DNA of 64,000 nt from Eledone cirrhosa. Its lineage: Eukaryota. This document shows, piece by piece, positions 63,381 to 64,000 of this stretch (the stretch's first letter is position 1; the number at the start of each line of letters is the position of its first letter). The stretch spans positions 22,506,001-22,570,000 of the forward strand of contig OZ024748.1 in assembly GCA_964016885.1 (NCBI GenBank). The letters are read 5' to 3'. The translations under genes and the position numbers were made by a program. The notes beneath the pieces were generated by a model. It did not search any database. It was given only the letters and a program-made list of their open reading frames with translations, and had not been told where the DNA came from.

Positions 63381-64000
63381 CTCGGCGTTGTGGGGGAGGA
63401 TTGAACCATGTTACATTGCGTGAGCGGCGGTGTCGTCTGCTGGTTCCGCTAATGGAAGCTGGACAGTAGGATATTTCCTCCCGGAAACCACTCCGCTTGA
63501 GGGCCTGGTTGTAATAAGGCGCATGTTCCTCGAATATCTGCTCATTAGCTGACAAACGGGATATGCGGAGGGAGATGTTTTTAACCAGGTTGTTTGTGAT
63601 GTTCCTAGGATGGTTTGACCGGCGGTGGATGTAGTGCAGGTTGTCGCTAGGTTTCCTGTATGGGTAGTACAGATCATTATCGAGGTCAAGGGTAACGTCC
63701 AGGAAGTTTACTCGGGTCAGGGACGTTTGTAGGGTTATTTTAAATCCGCAGTCGCGAAGAAGCTGATTAATTGTTTACGGACCCGATCTGTACTACTGGG
63801 GCTCTACCCTTTAAGGGTAAGGAGCCCATCATCACGGTACAATCCACCGCCGAATGCAGGAAACATATCGGTGAGTTTGGCTATTAGGAATAATCCTATA
63901 AGATCAGTGACCTCAGCCGAATCCGTCGCGCCCATGCTGACGTCGAAGGGTGAGTCGGGAGCTCTCTTTATCCATTTGGAGTTGTCGAAGAGTAAGACTG

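Larger units (their letters stand above)
61516..64000 (-). mobile_element. Penelope-like retroelement (PLE), 3' part: RT C-terminus, GIY-YIG endonuclease, ~1.1 kb 3' region and terminal hammerhead; frameshifted, cut by window edge
   Basis: Minus-strand translation gives FDVSMGATDSAEVTDLIGL...GLYRDDGL and VNFLDVTLD (RT), then WFNPP and LSYSTTPN. The C-terminal GIY-YIG reads CNC..CPL..RC..NVIYQC..YIGLT..FKTRLYQH..CNLCSEE..LLNKKDE..CKH. The element ends in a (TA)n array. Confidence 0.92.

Overview
Repeat-dominated, AT-rich, non-genic eukaryotic DNA. The dense (TA)n/(CA)n/(GA)n microsatellites and the tRNA-derived SINE families suggest a cephalopod (Octopus-like) genome; this is an inference. No intact host gene is supported, and almost all listed ORFs are microsatellite or minisatellite translation artefacts. 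Real coding relics are all transposable: a decayed Helitron Rep-helicase (19.2-23.1 kb), two RTE-clade LINE fragments, a CRE-clade 3' end, an L1/Tx1-like 3' end, and a Penelope-like element (RT plus GIY-YIG, minus strand, running off the right edge). The most striking hidden signal is that the short 'unique' islands inside the (TA)n arrays are mostly hammerhead-ribozyme (HHR) modules from about 8 or more distinct Penelope-like families. Several have non-canonical cores (U3:A8 covariant, U4A), and many form fold-back palindromes with family-specific breakpoints. One family links directly to the 3' end of the Penelope-like element in this window. All folds were paired by eye, not computed.
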